A stretch of DNA of 64,000 nt from an uncultured Verrucomicrobiae bacterium. Lineage in GTDB: Bacteria; Verrucomicrobiota; Verrucomicrobiia; Chthoniobacterales; JAFAMB01. The position numbers were made by a program, and so were the translations under genes. How positions within the stretch are numbered: position 1 is the stretch's first letter; each line of letters starts with the position of its first letter. Positions 9,102 through 19,517 of this stretch are shown here, piece after piece. Below the pieces are notes generated by a model. That model had not been told where the DNA came from. It worked only from the letters and a program-made list of their open reading frames with translations, and ran no database searches. The stretch lies in assembly GCA_963837955.1 (NCBI GenBank), contig CAWIPH010000002.1:32001-96000 (forward strand). The letters are read 5' to 3'.

Positions 9102-10148
9102 TTATTGTCGCTTCCAGGCTTCGAAGATCTGCAGAAACGTCTCTTCCAGTCCCTTGGTGATATCCCAATTCGGGTAATGCGAACGCATCTTCGATAAATC
9201 GGAGATATAACAGATGTGATCACCCCGCCGATTCTGATCGATGTATTCGTACGACATCTGTTTGCCTGAGATTTGCGCGATCAGATCGAACGCTTCCAGG
9301 ATCGAAATCGAGTTGCGGCGACCGCCACCGAGATTATAGACCTCACCAATGCGGGGTTGTTGGATGAATTCATTCATGAACCGAGCCACATCCAAAGAAT
9401 GGATGTTGTCGCGGACCTGTTTCCCTTCATAACCGAAGATCTTGTAGGTTTTTCCTTCGACGTTGCATTTAATCAAGTAGCTGAGGAAACCGTGGAGCTC
9501 GACCCCGCAATGGTTCGGCCCCGTGAGGCAACCTCCCCGCAAACAACAGGTCGCCATCTGAAAATAGCGGCCATATTCTTGGACCATCACATCGGCTGCT
9601 ACTTTGGAGGCTCCGAAGACGGAATGCAGACAGTGATCGATCGGAAAACTCTCCCTGATTCCATCGGCGTATTCTGCGTCGGCATAATCCCAACGGGTTT
9701 TCTTTTCGACCAGGTTGAGCCGATTCGGGCCATCGCCGTAAACTTTATTGGTAGACATATGAACGAACGGCGCCTCGGGACACCATTGCCGGGCCGCCTC
9801 GAGCAAATTGAGTGTACCGACTGCGTTCACATCGAAATCGTCGAAAGGACGCGACGCAGCAAGATCATGGCTTGGCTGAGCGGCGGTGTGGATGACAGCG
9901 TCCGGCCGGATCTTTTGAACCAGTTGGAGCACAGCGTTGCGGTCACGGATATCAACTTGATGATGATGAAAACATTCAAAAGTCGTCCGGAGTCGCTGCG
10001 TGTTCCAGGAAGTGTCCCCCGGCGGACCAAAGAATTCGGCTCGCAGATTATTCTCGATCCCATGGATCTCGTTCCCTTCGCGAGCGAAGAAAGCGACTAC
10101 CTCGCTGCCGATTAGACCGCTGGATCCGGTTACAAGTAGTTTTTTCAC
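9102..10148 (-). CDS. NAD-dependent epimerase/dehydratase, CDP-paratose 2-epimerase-like
   Basis: [50 protein letters not shown] motifs. Confidence 0.88.
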   Translation of the reverse strand: MKKLLVTGSSGLIGSEVVAFFAREGNEIHGIENNLRAEFFGPPGDTSWNTQRLRTTFECFHHHQVDIRDRNAVLQLVQKIRPDAVIHTAAQPSHDLAASRPFDDFDVNAVGTLNLLEAARQWCPEAPFVHMSTNKVYGDGPNRLNLVEKKTRWDYADAEYADGIRESFPIDHCLHSVFGASKVAADVMVQEYGRYFQMATCCLRGGCLTGPNHCGVELHGFLSYLIKCNVEGKTYKIFGYEGKQVRDNIHSLDVARFMNEFIQQPRIGEVYNLGGGRRNSISILEAFDLIAQISGKQMSYEYIDQNRRGDHICYISDLSKMRSHYPNWDITKGLEETFLQIFEAWKRQ

Positions 10149-10198
10149 GTATGAGAGCCTTTCAACTCGTCGACCATATCCAGAGATCTATAGACCTC

Positions 10199-11161
10199 TC
10201 AAGGCCCAATGATCGCGTCGCGATGCTGCATTAACCCGCGGGTAAAATTATGGTTATGGATTGGTTTAAGAATTTCGAGAACGCCCGCCAGTAAGTCATT
10301 GTCGATTGGCTCATTCGCAGCAGCTATGTTTTCCCGGATTTCGTTCGCGCGCGTTGTACCGACCAAAGTAGTAGCAATGTCGGGATTTGCGCAGCAGTAT
10401 TGAACAGCGAGTCGGACGATATTCACGCCTTTCGTCCTGCAGTGTTCGACTGCCTTCCGGCATCTTTCCCGAATTGTTTCACTGGCGGGATGCCAGTCGG
10501 GTGCACCTCGCTCTGTGAGCAATCCCATGCCGGTCGGAGCGGCATTGATGATACCCACGCCTTTCGCTTTCAGGTAAGGGATCAGGTCCAGAAGTGAATT
10601 GTCGTTTAACTGATAATGGCAAAACGACAGAATGGTCTCTACGGTACCGGATTCGACCCGATTCAGGATGCTCGGGAAAATTTTCAGGGGTAATCCGGTA
10701 ATGCCGATATGACGAACAAGCCCTTGCTTCTTCAGGTGCTGTAGCGCAGGCAAGGTTTCCTCCACTATCTGGTCATGATCGGCGAACTCGATGTCATGAC
10801 ACTGAATCAGGTCGATATATTCGACCCCGAGACGTTTTAGGCTGTGCTCGACACTGCGTTCCGTGCTCGCGCGCGAATAATCATAATCCCCCCGCGCCTC
10901 GCTATAGCTGCCAATCTTGGTGGCGATATAGTAGCGCTCCCGAGCGATGCCTTGAAGGGCCCGGCCCAGATTCAATTCCGCCGAAGTTTCACCGTACGCG
11001 GGGGAGACATCGATCAAATTGATGCCACCATCGATCGCGACATGCACGGTCTCGATGCACTCGTCCAGCTTCGCCCCGCGAAACACTGCTCCAAATGCAC
11101 AGGTGCCAAAGCCCAGGCGGGAAACATTGAGTTCGGTAGCTCCGAGTTTGTTATATTTCAT
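10199..11161 (-). CDS. Aldo/keto reductase (sugar dehydrogenase-like)
   Basis: VSRLGFG, IDVSPAYG, IATK, SLKRLGVEYIDLIQCHD, VRHIGITG. Confidence 0.9.
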   Translation of the reverse strand: MKYNKLGATELNVSRLGFGTCAFGAVFRGAKLDECIETVHVAIDGGINLIDVSPAYGETSAELNLGRALQGIARERYYIATKIGSYSEARGDYDYSRASTERSVEHSLKRLGVEYIDLIQCHDIEFADHDQIVEETLPALQHLKKQGLVRHIGITGLPLKIFPSILNRVESGTVETILSFCHYQLNDNSLLDLIPYLKAKGVGIINAAPTGMGLLTERGAPDWHPASETIRERCRKAVEHCRTKGVNIVRLAVQYCCANPDIATTLVGTTRANEIRENIAAANEPIDNDLLAGVLEILKPIHNHNFTRGLMQHRDAIIGP

Positions 11162-11437
11162 CTCGGTTGAAAGAGCGCCGGCGAGAGATTTGCGGCTGGG
11201 GGTTTAAATTCACGTACTGAGATCCCTCCGCCTTTCCAGGCGTGGTAAACGAAATTGCATCGGGCGATGGGGATTATGACAAACGCCTAATTGTGCGCTG
11301 CCGGAATTAATTTGGGTATCTCGCGTCACAGCAGAGCATCTAATAGCAAGAAAGAGCTACGAAACGATGCCGAGATACTTGAACAAATCGCGACAAACAT
11401 CCTGCGACTCATCTTCTCAACTGAATATCCGAAAAAT

Positions 11438-12709
11438 ATGGTAGGAAGCCCTTTGCTAATTGCAGAAAAAGCCCGGATTCGACTGCAGTCCACCGTCGCG
11501 TCGCTCCGCGAAGGCCGGCCGACGAATCTAAACGTGATTCGGCTGCCCGATCCGGCGGATGTCGTCATTACGCCCTGTGAAGTCAATGAGTTACATGGAA
11601 CGGGAACTTTGCTGCTGAGAATATTTAAGGATTCTTCCTCGATCGTTTCATTGCGGACGAGCAATTTTTACGATCTCCCGCAGAGTTTCGGCGCCGCAAA
11701 CTTCTGCTTGCCACTGGCCCAAGCTTCGCGTGCCGAAGTGCTTTCCTGGGTCAAATGGTGGCTCAGCACGACTTCTGTGCGCCGCGCTGTCTGCCTGCCT
11801 TATCTCCCGGCAGATCCTATCGTCGGTATTACCGTCAAAGAACTGTTCAATGTCCCGTTATGTACCTACATCATGGACGACAAGAATGTCTGTGCGCAGG
11901 GAATTCCCGATGCCCTGATGGAGGAGTTGCTCGCGAAATCGGATCTGCGCCTGGTGATCTCACCGGAAATGCGTGAGGCCTACGAAAAGAAGTACCGAAT
12001 GAAGTTCTGTCTGATGCCTCCGCTCGTTTCCGATAAATTGGTTAAGAGGGAGGCGGCTCCGTACTTAAATGGAGTTAAGCCTGGGCGTTCCGTTCTGATA
12101 GGTAATATTTGGGGGCAGCGATGGCTAGATTTACTGCGGAGCACGATTCGCAACAGCGGTTATCAAGTTGATTGGTATTGCAACCAGAAAAACCCGAGGG
12201 CCCTGATTTTCGACCGCCATGAACTGGAAAAGGATGGCATTCGGCTGCTTGATCCGCTCTCGGAATCAGAACTTCCGGCGGTTCTTGCGCAGTATGCAGT
12301 CGCCATTGTGCCGTCCGATACGCTCGACGGAAGAAGTGCACCGAGTGTGCAGGCAATAGCGGAGTTGAGCCTACCGAGCCGGATTCCCTTCGTCGTCGCA
12401 ACGTCACATCTGCCAATTCTCGTAATTGGACATCCAGGAACTTCCGCCGCTCGCTTTGTGGAGCGCTTTAAGCTCGGTGAGGTTGTTCCCTATGATGCCG
12501 ATGCTGTGCGAAGCGCTCTTGCACGCCTTTCGAAGCCCGAAACTCAAACACTCACCAGGAGCCGCGCGGCAGCGCTCAGTGCTAGTTTTTCAGCTCGCGG
12601 TTCTGCCGATTGGATTTGGCGTTCGTTGGAAGCGGGCGAAGCCTGCGACCTTCGGTACGAAAAGCTGATGCCCCCTTCCAAGAATGGGAATTCTCCACAT
12701 CACCACTGA
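11438..12709 (+). CDS. Putative GT-B-fold glycosyltransferase, unnamed paralogue family (start could be as early as 11291)
   Basis: EVNELHGTGTLL, YIMDD, VISPEMREAY, IGNIW, LSLPSRI motifs shared with 25687-27091 and 37780-38970. Confidence 0.65.
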   Translation: MVGSPLLIAEKARIRLQSTVASLREGRPTNLNVIRLPDPADVVITPCEVNELHGTGTLLLRIFKDSSSIVSLRTSNFYDLPQSFGAANFCLPLAQASRAEVLSWVKWWLSTTSVRRAVCLPYLPADPIVGITVKELFNVPLCTYIMDDKNVCAQGIPDALMEELLAKSDLRLVISPEMREAYEKKYRMKFCLMPPLVSDKLVKREAAPYLNGVKPGRSVLIGNIWGQRWLDLLRSTIRNSGYQVDWYCNQKNPRALIFDRHELEKDGIRLLDPLSESELPAVLAQYAVAIVPSDTLDGRSAPSVQAIAELSLPSRIPFVVATSHLPILVIGHPGTSAARFVERFKLGEVVPYDADAVRSALARLSKPETQTLTRSRAAALSASFSARGSADWIWRSLEAGEACDLRYEKLMPPSKNGNSPHHH

Positions 12710-12714
12710 ATTTT

Positions 12715-13747
12715 ATGAGCGAATCCGTTGACACCCAGGCTATCTACGAGCTGGAAAGCATTCTTCAGTCATTGGTGGTGAATGATACAACGCTGCTCGA
12801 CGCGCTGGCCCAAATGCTCAATGCCATGCAACAGATGCAGGCCAGGAGTGAACAGAGCCAGGACAAGCTGTGTGCAGAGCTCCAAGAACTCCGCGCGGAA
12901 CTGCGCACGTTGACGCTGGAAGTAATAGAAAGAAAGGCAGATGCAGTATCCGGGCGACAACCGATCGTCGTGACAAATGACGAGTTTGCCGCCCAGAATC
13001 CAGAGCTTGGTTTGCTTGAGTATTTGTATTCCTTCTTGACCGATACGAACGCAATCGATGTCGGCGCCAACATTGGAAAAGTATCAGAGCGGCTCTTGAA
13101 ATGCGGCTACACTGTCTACGCATTCGAGCCATATAGCTCCTTCGTTTCGAGAATTGGTGGAAAGGCATAAGGCGAGTCAGAAATTTCATCCATTCAATTT
13201 GGCACTCGGGGCGGTCGACAGAACGATGGATCTCCACGTCGCCTCGGACTTGTCAGGACTTAGCAAATGGGACCCGACTCTTTTTCATAGCTTGATTGAG
13301 CGGCCGATGTTGCAAGATCTGCAGTTTACCAAGACTGTTCCCGTCGAAGTCCGCAGCCTGGAAAGCTTACGCCAAAATGGGGCGATTCCGCCTACGGCCG
13401 GCGTGCTAAAGATCGACACAGAAGGGTTCGATCTGGAGGTCATCCGCGGCATGGGAGAGGGTAATTTTTCGGCCGTGATGGCTGAGTTTTGGGATCCGGC
13501 ACATCCTTTTGGCGGCCAGGCCACAGGTGGACTGGAGGGTCTTGTCCGAGAAATGAAAGGCAGAGGGTATGCCTCGCATATAGTGATCTATCACTTAGAC
13601 GAAGACTCGACGATCTCCTACTATTGTAACCGCTCCGAAACAGTCCCTAATTCATGGGGCAATGTAATTTTCTTCCGTGATCATGCCCTTTTCGCGAAAG
13701 CGCTTCGCTGGTGTGAAGAGGTGCTTGTAGCCACGTTACATAGGTGA
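12715..13747 (+). pseudogene. FkbM-family methyltransferase with N-terminal coiled coil; 1-nt frameshift near 13135
   Basis: IDVGANIG...YAFEP in ORF 12610-13170, LKIDTEGFDLEV in ORF 13154-13747; removing one A gives continuous EPYAPSFRELVERH. Confidence 0.85.
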
Positions 13748-13853
13748 TCAGACAAAGGCGGATACAATCGGTCAATAGCCACAAATAAGATGCTGCGTTC
13801 GAAATCGTAAGCCGGAGCGCCTCTGCACATTTTGGAAGCGGGATCAACGGGTC

Positions 13854-14603
13854 GTGAATCTCAATAATTTAGTACTTTGTTGCGGAATGATCCGTTCAGC
13901 ATCAACGCTGCAATATCAAGTCGTTGCTGACCTGATTGAGCGAAACGGTCTTGGCCAACGGATCGGGTTTGCGGATCGGGAAAGCCTATCCGAAATCGTG
14001 CAAAGGTTCGAAAGGGTGGAGGGTTTCGCGATAGTTAAGGCTCATGAGATCTTGCCACTAGTCGATGCACTCATCGCGCAAGGTCGCATTCGCCTCTTTT
14101 ACACCTTTCGCGACCTGCGCGCAGTTGCTCTTTCGGTAATGCGAAAGTGGGAGATTCCATTTGCACAGGTGATTGGTCGAAACGCCTGGCTCGACACTGC
14201 AGTCCAATCTTCTAACCATTGGCTTTCCGTCCCCGGTGTCTGCGTAAGCCGCTATGAAGACATGGTGTTGAGACTCCCGACCGAAGTCACGAAATGGGCA
14301 GACGCTCTTGGCCTAAATCTTACTTCTACCCAGGCTGACGAATTAGCAGCCAAATATTCTATCGAGGCGCAGCGGGAGCGAGTTCGCCAGGCGCGTAACC
14401 CAAAGTCAACTCAAATGAGCGAATCGAACGATTTCTTTGATCCCAATAGTTTGCTGCATCACAACCACATACTGGACGGGTCCTTAGACGGATGGAAATC
14501 AGGACTCGAGAAATGGCAGATTCGCCAAATTGAAGGTCGGTTCTCCAGCTGGTTGTTAGATCATGGTTATCAATTGAGCACTAGTGCTCCGGTACTGAGC
14601 TAG
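13854..14603 (+). CDS. Sulfotransferase-domain protein
   Basis: GMIRSAST (5'-PSB loop), KAH, RDLRAVALS (3'-PB), RYEDMV. Confidence 0.8.
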   Translation: MNLNNLVLCCGMIRSASTLQYQVVADLIERNGLGQRIGFADRESLSEIVQRFERVEGFAIVKAHEILPLVDALIAQGRIRLFYTFRDLRAVALSVMRKWEIPFAQVIGRNAWLDTAVQSSNHWLSVPGVCVSRYEDMVLRLPTEVTKWADALGLNLTSTQADELAAKYSIEAQRERVRQARNPKSTQMSESNDFFDPNSLLHHNHILDGSLDGWKSGLEKWQIRQIEGRFSSWLLDHGYQLSTSAPVLS

Positions 14604-14605
14604 CG

Positions 14606-15376
14606 ATGAGCCAACCCACACGGCCGATGCTGCTCGACGTCCAAAATTTGACGAAAACATTTGGAAACTTCAAAGCGGTTGACGATGTGTCGTTTTTCGT
14701 TCGCCCCGGGGAAGTAGTTGGTCTGCTTGGTCCCAGTGGCGCCGGCAAGACCACCACCATCCAGATGATTCTTGGATTGATTTCGCCCAGTGCAGGCAGC
14801 GTCCGAATCTTTGGACAACTCTTTGAGAAGAACCGTCAACAGATCCTCGAAAAAGTCAGCTTCACGGCGCCGTACGTCGCCTTCCCGATCCGGCTCACGG
14901 TGTTCGAAAACCTAATGGTTTTCGCCCGCATCTATGATGTTCGCGATCCTGAATCAAAAATCATGGAATTGCTGCGGATGTTCTCGATAGAGGACCTCAG
15001 GAACAAACCAGTTTCTCGTCTTTCCTCCGGCGAGAACACGCGAGTCGGACTTTGTAAGGCGTTGATGAACGATCCGAAGTTACTGGTGATGGACGAGCCG
15101 ACTGCTTACCTCGATCCTCAAGTAGCGCTTCAGGTAAAGAATATCCTCCTCGATTTGCAGCACCGTTACGGAACAACGATTCTCTACAGCTCCCACAACA
15201 TGGCCGAGGTGGAAGAGATGTGCAGCCGGATCATTTTTCTTAGCCGTGGCCGGGTGCTTGCGAGCGGCAGCCCCATAACAGTTACCCAGAGCATCCTGAA
15301 AGAGAATCGTCGGGAACCGGCGCTTAAAGAAGTGTTTCTACACGTCGCGAGGAGACGGCTGAATGAAACTAAATAG
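14606..15376 (+). CDS. ABC transporter ATP-binding protein (ABC-2/DrrA-like)
   Basis: GPSGAGKTT, LSSGE, LVMDEPT, SSH. Confidence 0.94.
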   Translation: MSQPTRPMLLDVQNLTKTFGNFKAVDDVSFFVRPGEVVGLLGPSGAGKTTTIQMILGLISPSAGSVRIFGQLFEKNRQQILEKVSFTAPYVAFPIRLTVFENLMVFARIYDVRDPESKIMELLRMFSIEDLRNKPVSRLSSGENTRVGLCKALMNDPKLLVMDEPTAYLDPQVALQVKNILLDLQHRYGTTILYSSHNMAEVEEMCSRIIFLSRGRVLASGSPITVTQSILKENRREPALKEVFLHVARRRLNETK

Positions 15377-16152
15377 AATCAAGGCCATAATCTTCCGGCA
15401 CTCTTGCGAAGGGAGACGCAATTTGAGCCGGGTCACCGAGATGGTGTATTGGCCGGTGCAGAACATCGTTGTCTGGGGGTTTTTCACAATTTATCTTACC
15501 CGGGACAACCACCTGCAGCCGGGAATAGTTAGTTTTCTCTTAGGTGCGGCCATTCTGTGGGGGATGTTCTATGCATTCCAGCGTGATCTGGCGGCGGGCT
15601 TCCTCGAAGAACTCTGGTCTCGAAACCTCATCAACTTATTCTCTACGCCGCTGAGCATCTCCGAATATTTGACCGGCCTCATCATTGTCAATCTGGTCAG
15701 AGCCATGGTGGGAGTTCTGGCAGCGGGCCTAACTGCGTGGCTCTGCTTCGGCTATGAAATCTCCTCGAAACTGTTAGCAGTTATTCCCTTTATGTTGAGT
15801 TTGACTCTCTTCGCGCTCGCTGTCGGTGTGATAATTACCGGTCTGATTGTCAGGTATACCACCAAGATCCAGACGCTGGCCTGGAGCTTTGCTGGCTTAC
15901 TGATGCCGTTCTCGTGCGTATTCTATCCTTTTAGCTCTCTTCCCAAATGTTTGCGTCCGGTCGCCTGGGCTCTTCCCACTACTCATGCTTTCGAAGGGAT
16001 GAGGCAGGCAATCGCCGGAGGAGGCTTTGCGCTGCCGCATTTCGAGTGGGGGATTATGCTAAATGCGTTCTATCTGGTGTTGGCTGTCCTGGTGTTTCGC
16101 CGGATGTTTGAATCTGCACGTGCCCGAGGTCTGCTTAGTAAAGCTAGAGTAG
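15363..16152 (+). CDS. ABC-2 type permease; native stop (TAG 16150-16152) apparently put out of frame by a 1-nt insertion near 16137
   Basis: Six-TM permease pattern (EELWSRNLINLFSTPL, SCVFYP, LPTTHAFEGMR). Removing one A gives ...GLLVKLE*; as assembled the ORF reads through repeats to 16577. Confidence 0.85.
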
Positions 16153-16281
16153 GGAACGTTGGGAACGCCGGGAACGCACGGGAACGCCGACAACGCCGAC
16201 AACGCCGACAACGCCGACAACGCCGACAACGCCGACAACGCCGAGAACGCCGAGAACGCCGAGAACGCACGGGAACGCCGG
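16153..16281. repeat. 9-bp tandem repeat array
   Basis: 6x AACGCCGAC plus 3x AACGCCGAG (16183-16263), flanked by AACGCCGGG/AACGCACGGG variants. Confidence 0.92.
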
Positions 16282-16507
16282 CTTGTCCGACGACCGTGTC
16301 CGACGAAGCTCCTCCGCTACATCGGCGACGTTCCAAGGATCAGCGAAGTCGGAAGCCTGCCGGAGTTTCAAACGACGGAGCGAAGTTGGAGAGCGCATTT
16401 TTCGGTAGTGCCAGAAATGTGTTGCCAATCGCGAGCTCCTCTGTAAAGAATCGCCTCTGCTGCGCAACCCTCCGCGCGCCGGCAATCGGTTTCTCGGGGA
16501 ATCGGCT

Positions 16508-17352
16508 ATGGACCAGTCCATCATATTGCACAGCCATGTGCCAAAGACGGCGGGCACCAGCGTTTCGGCGCATCTAGCTGGGATATTCGGCAAGCTTCAT
16601 TTGAGTCATTCCCATGAAGATCCCAATTTCATATTAACCCCGCCGATTCTCGAAACTCTTTTTGAGATCAACCCATTCTTGCGATCATTGTCCTCTCATC
16701 ACCTTCGCATTTTTCCGAGAAAGATTCTTGGCCGGCCGGCCCATTACATCACTTTCCTGCGCCATCCAACGAACACCCTTCTTTCTCGCCTAAGTTACGC
16801 GCAACAGAATTTTAAAAATCTGCCCGCGAAGGTAAAAGAATTTTGGCCGGACGAGACGCCTTGCCTTTCCTTGCGGACCCTCGCCCAATGGTATCTCGAC
16901 AAATTGGGGGCGACCGAATGCTCTGGCCAGACTTGTTTTTTTTGCCACCCGAACATTTTGGCGAAAGATCAGTTTCGGATTTTGGTGCTGGTGTTGTTAA
17001 CCCTGGTCTCGCATCGAACATGCTTAAGCATTTTCTCTTTGTGGGAATTGTTGAAGACATGTCCATCAGTCTCGACATTCTGGACGCTCGGCTGCGAGGG
17101 CTGGGAATCAGGCTGGGTCGGGAAGGTTTTTTGGGGAGGTTTCGGCACCAGAACCGGAGCCACCGGAGAAATCTGGCTTGGCTTTGCCAGGAGGACGAGA
17201 TTGGTCGACGCGTCCTGGCCTGCAACGCCAGTGACCGTCTCCTCTATTCGGAATTCCGCAAAAGACTATGGGCTAGCCACTGCGAAATGTTGAGCGGCCA
17301 AGACTTCAAGTATCGGTTTTGCCCATACGAAATCGCAAACAACTTGTACTGA
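16508..17352 (+). pseudogene. Sulfotransferase (HxPKTAG type), frameshifted near 16940-16970
   Basis: HSHVPKTAG and ITFLRHP in ORF 16508-17293; the paralogue-matching C-terminus (FLFVGIVE...N..DRLLYSEFR) is in ORF 16843-17352. Confidence 0.82.
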
Positions 17353-17365
17353 TCCGAGGATAAAA

Positions 17366-17680
17366 TCTCACGCAAAGTCGCAAAGGCGCAAAGAATGGGA
17401 GGCGGAATCCAGAATGTTTGGCACAGAAGTAAACGGAGATAACGGTTCGGCTGAGCCGTCGGGCGGCTCCACTCGAAGCCAATCTATCTCCCCGGTCACC
17501 TTCAATTCAAAATTCGTCTTTGCGCGAGGCTTTAACGGATTTCCGTACTGCGCGTTCCCTCGCACTTCTCACCAATCACCTCTCACCAATCACATTGGCT
17601 TCGACCGGAGCTCAGCCGCGCCTTTGCGTCTTTGCGTGAGATTTTCTAAGTCCGTTCTCCTTTGCGCCTTTGCGTGAGGC
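17366..17680. repeat. Intergenic composite repeat region between convergent genes
   Basis: TCACGCAAAG array on the left, TCTCACCAATCAC repeats, CTTTGCGTCTTTGCGTGAG on the right; TTTTCTAAGTCCGTTCTCCTTTGCGCCTT recurs at about 61398. Confidence 0.8.
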
Positions 17681-17681
17681 T

Positions 17682-18770
17682 CTAACGGTTCACCGGCTCT
17701 GCGCTACTCAGATGTTCTTTGAGCACACTCGTTGACACGCTGTCAGCTCGACTTACTTCCCCGATGTTCCTGGTTTCGCGAACGTTGTAGGTGCTTTTAC
17801 CCTGCGACTCATAAAACGTCCGCATGAGCATTTCGGCCAGGAGCCCGAGCAGGATACACATCATCGCGATCATGAACGTCATCACGACGATCAAAGGTAA
17901 CGGCGTTGTGATGAAGTAGGTATTGTGAAACAATTTCAAGTAAAGCATCCACAAGAAGGCACAGCCGCTCACTGCCAGGCTGAATACGCCGCAACCACCA
18001 AAGAGATACATCGGTTTACTGGCAGCCCGATCGAGGAACTTTACGACTAGCAGATCTAGCAGGACCTTTAAGACCCGCTCGAATCCATACTTGGACTCTC
18101 CCGTCCGGCGCGGGTGATGGTTAACCACCAGCTCGGTAATCTTTGCTCCGTGCCAGGAGGCGTAGATCGGCAAAAAACGGTGCATCTCACCGTATAGGCG
18201 GATTCCATCGACTACCTGTCTTTTGTACGCTTTGAGCGAGCAGCCGAAGTCATGCAGCCGTACTCCAGACACCGCTGAAATCAGCCGGTTAGCCAGGATG
18301 CTCGGGATGTTGCGCTGGATGACATTATCCTGACGGTCTTTTCGCCAACCCGAAACAACGTCGTAGCCCTGTGCCAAAAGTTCTAACATCCGCGAAATGT
18401 CGGCCGGATCATTTTGCCCATCCCCATCCACCGGAATAATGACGTCACCCTTAGCGAAATCGAAACCTGCCATCATTGCGGCGGTCTGGCCGAAGTTTCG
18501 TTTGAAGTGGATCACCCGGATCCGCTGATCCGAATCGGCCAATCGATCCAGGATTTCCGCGGAATTATCCGTGCTACCGTCGTTGATGAAGATAATTTCC
18601 CAAGGCTTCCCCAGCCGCGTCAGCTCCTGTCTAACTCCCTGGCTGAGGTCGACCAGGGCCTCCTCTTCGTTGTAAACGGGGACAACAATCGAAATCAACA
18701 CCGTGGCCAGCTTCGTAAGAGAACCGTAAATGTCAACCAACTGGACGCACGCCTTCCCGAATTTCTGCAA
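17682..18770 (-). CDS. GT2 polyprenol-phosphate glycosyltransferase (ArnC/GtrB-like); likely start GTG 18701
   Basis: ISIVVPVYNEE, NDGSTD, RNFGQTAA, DGDGQNDP, GEMHRF; two C-terminal TM helices. Confidence 0.9.
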   Translation of the reverse strand: MQKFGKACVQLVDIYGSLTKLATVLISIVVPVYNEEEALVDLSQGVRQELTRLGKPWEIIFINDGSTDNSAEILDRLADSDQRIRVIHFKRNFGQTAAMMAGFDFAKGDVIIPVDGDGQNDPADISRMLELLAQGYDVVSGWRKDRQDNVIQRNIPSILANRLISAVSGVRLHDFGCSLKAYKRQVVDGIRLYGEMHRFLPIYASWHGAKITELVVNHHPRRTGESKYGFERVLKVLLDLLVVKFLDRAASKPMYLFGGCGVFSLAVSGCAFLWMLYLKLFHNTYFITTPLPLIVVMTFMIAMMCILLGLLAEMLMRTFYESQGKSTYNVRETRNIGEVSRADSVSTSVLKEHLSSAEPVNR

Positions 18771-18886
18771 TTGTCAGCATCCTGAATCGCGGATATCTCT
18801 CCGGCACGCCTTGGAGGATTTTGAAAACAGGCCCTAGTATCCCCTGGGTTTAACAGTTCAACCAGGCACTGGCCGAAAACGACTTT

Positions 18887-18976
18887 ATGATCGAAGAAAT
18901 CAAGGATCGAGATCAAATCCTAGCCATAATCCTACGCGCAGATATTACGGCAAGGGCGTTGATTTTTTTGGGCTGA
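18887..18976 (+). pseudogene. N-terminal remnant resembling the family of the downstream cupin-like gene
   Basis: MIEEIKDRDQILAIILRAD, then frameshifted YYGKGVDFF; parallels IETIEYNGVKFAQVIWAD...KTTFF at 19094. Confidence 0.45.
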
Positions 18977-19093
18977 GTTTTTTGATATTAGCCTTTCGAC
19001 CGGATTCGGCGATAGCGTAGCCGCGAGCGTTCCCGGCGTTTGCCTTTAGATCTTCTCAATTGTAGATCCGGGGATACTTCCTTCGAAAAACGT

Positions 19094-19495
19094 ATGAGTA
19101 TCGAGACCATCGAATACAATGGCGTTAAATTTGCCCAAGTAATCTGGGCCGATACACGCGTTGCGAAAACGACTTTTTTCTCTCCGCCGGAATCCTCGTT
19201 CCAATTCGGGTTGCTCGCCCACGAAGCCGACTTTGTCGAGCCGCCTCATGTCCATCACGCGGTCAAAAGAGAAATTAATGATCTTCAACAGATGTTCGTG
19301 GTACAGCGCGGAGTGGTAGCTGTGCAGCTTTTCTCGGATGAGAAAGAGCTACTCAAAGAGGTCATCCTGAGACAAGGGGATGCTATCGTTTTGATTCATG
19401 GGATCCACGCGATCCGCGTCTTGGAAGATATGCAATGCATTAGCGTGAAGCAGGGACCCTTTCTCGGCACCGAGAAAGATAAGGTGTTCGTTTAG
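19094..19495 (+). CDS. Cupin-fold protein typical of sugar-biosynthesis loci
   Basis: PPHVH, QQMFVVQRG, GDAIVLIHGIHAI, VKQGPF. Confidence 0.75.
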   Translation: MSIETIEYNGVKFAQVIWADTRVAKTTFFSPPESSFQFGLLAHEADFVEPPHVHHAVKREINDLQQMFVVQRGVVAVQLFSDEKELLKEVILRQGDAIVLIHGIHAIRVLEDMQCISVKQGPFLGTEKDKVFV

Positions 19496-19517
19496 GAAGA
19501 ATCGAGTTGGTCCTTTT

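Noticed and set aside
9273..10115. Long antisense ORFs (also 31902-32504, 39010-39630, 42945-43595)
   Set aside because: Shadow frames opposite well-supported genes, with no recognisable motifs.
16153..16281. Possible CRISPR array
   Set aside because: Contiguous 9-bp units with no unique spacers, and no cas genes in the window.
16138..16577. Arg/Gln-rich C-terminal tail on the ABC permease, and the NADNAD, RRC and GVV repeat ORFs
   Set aside because: These are translations of the tandem repeat; a one-base correction ends the permease at TAG 16150-16152.
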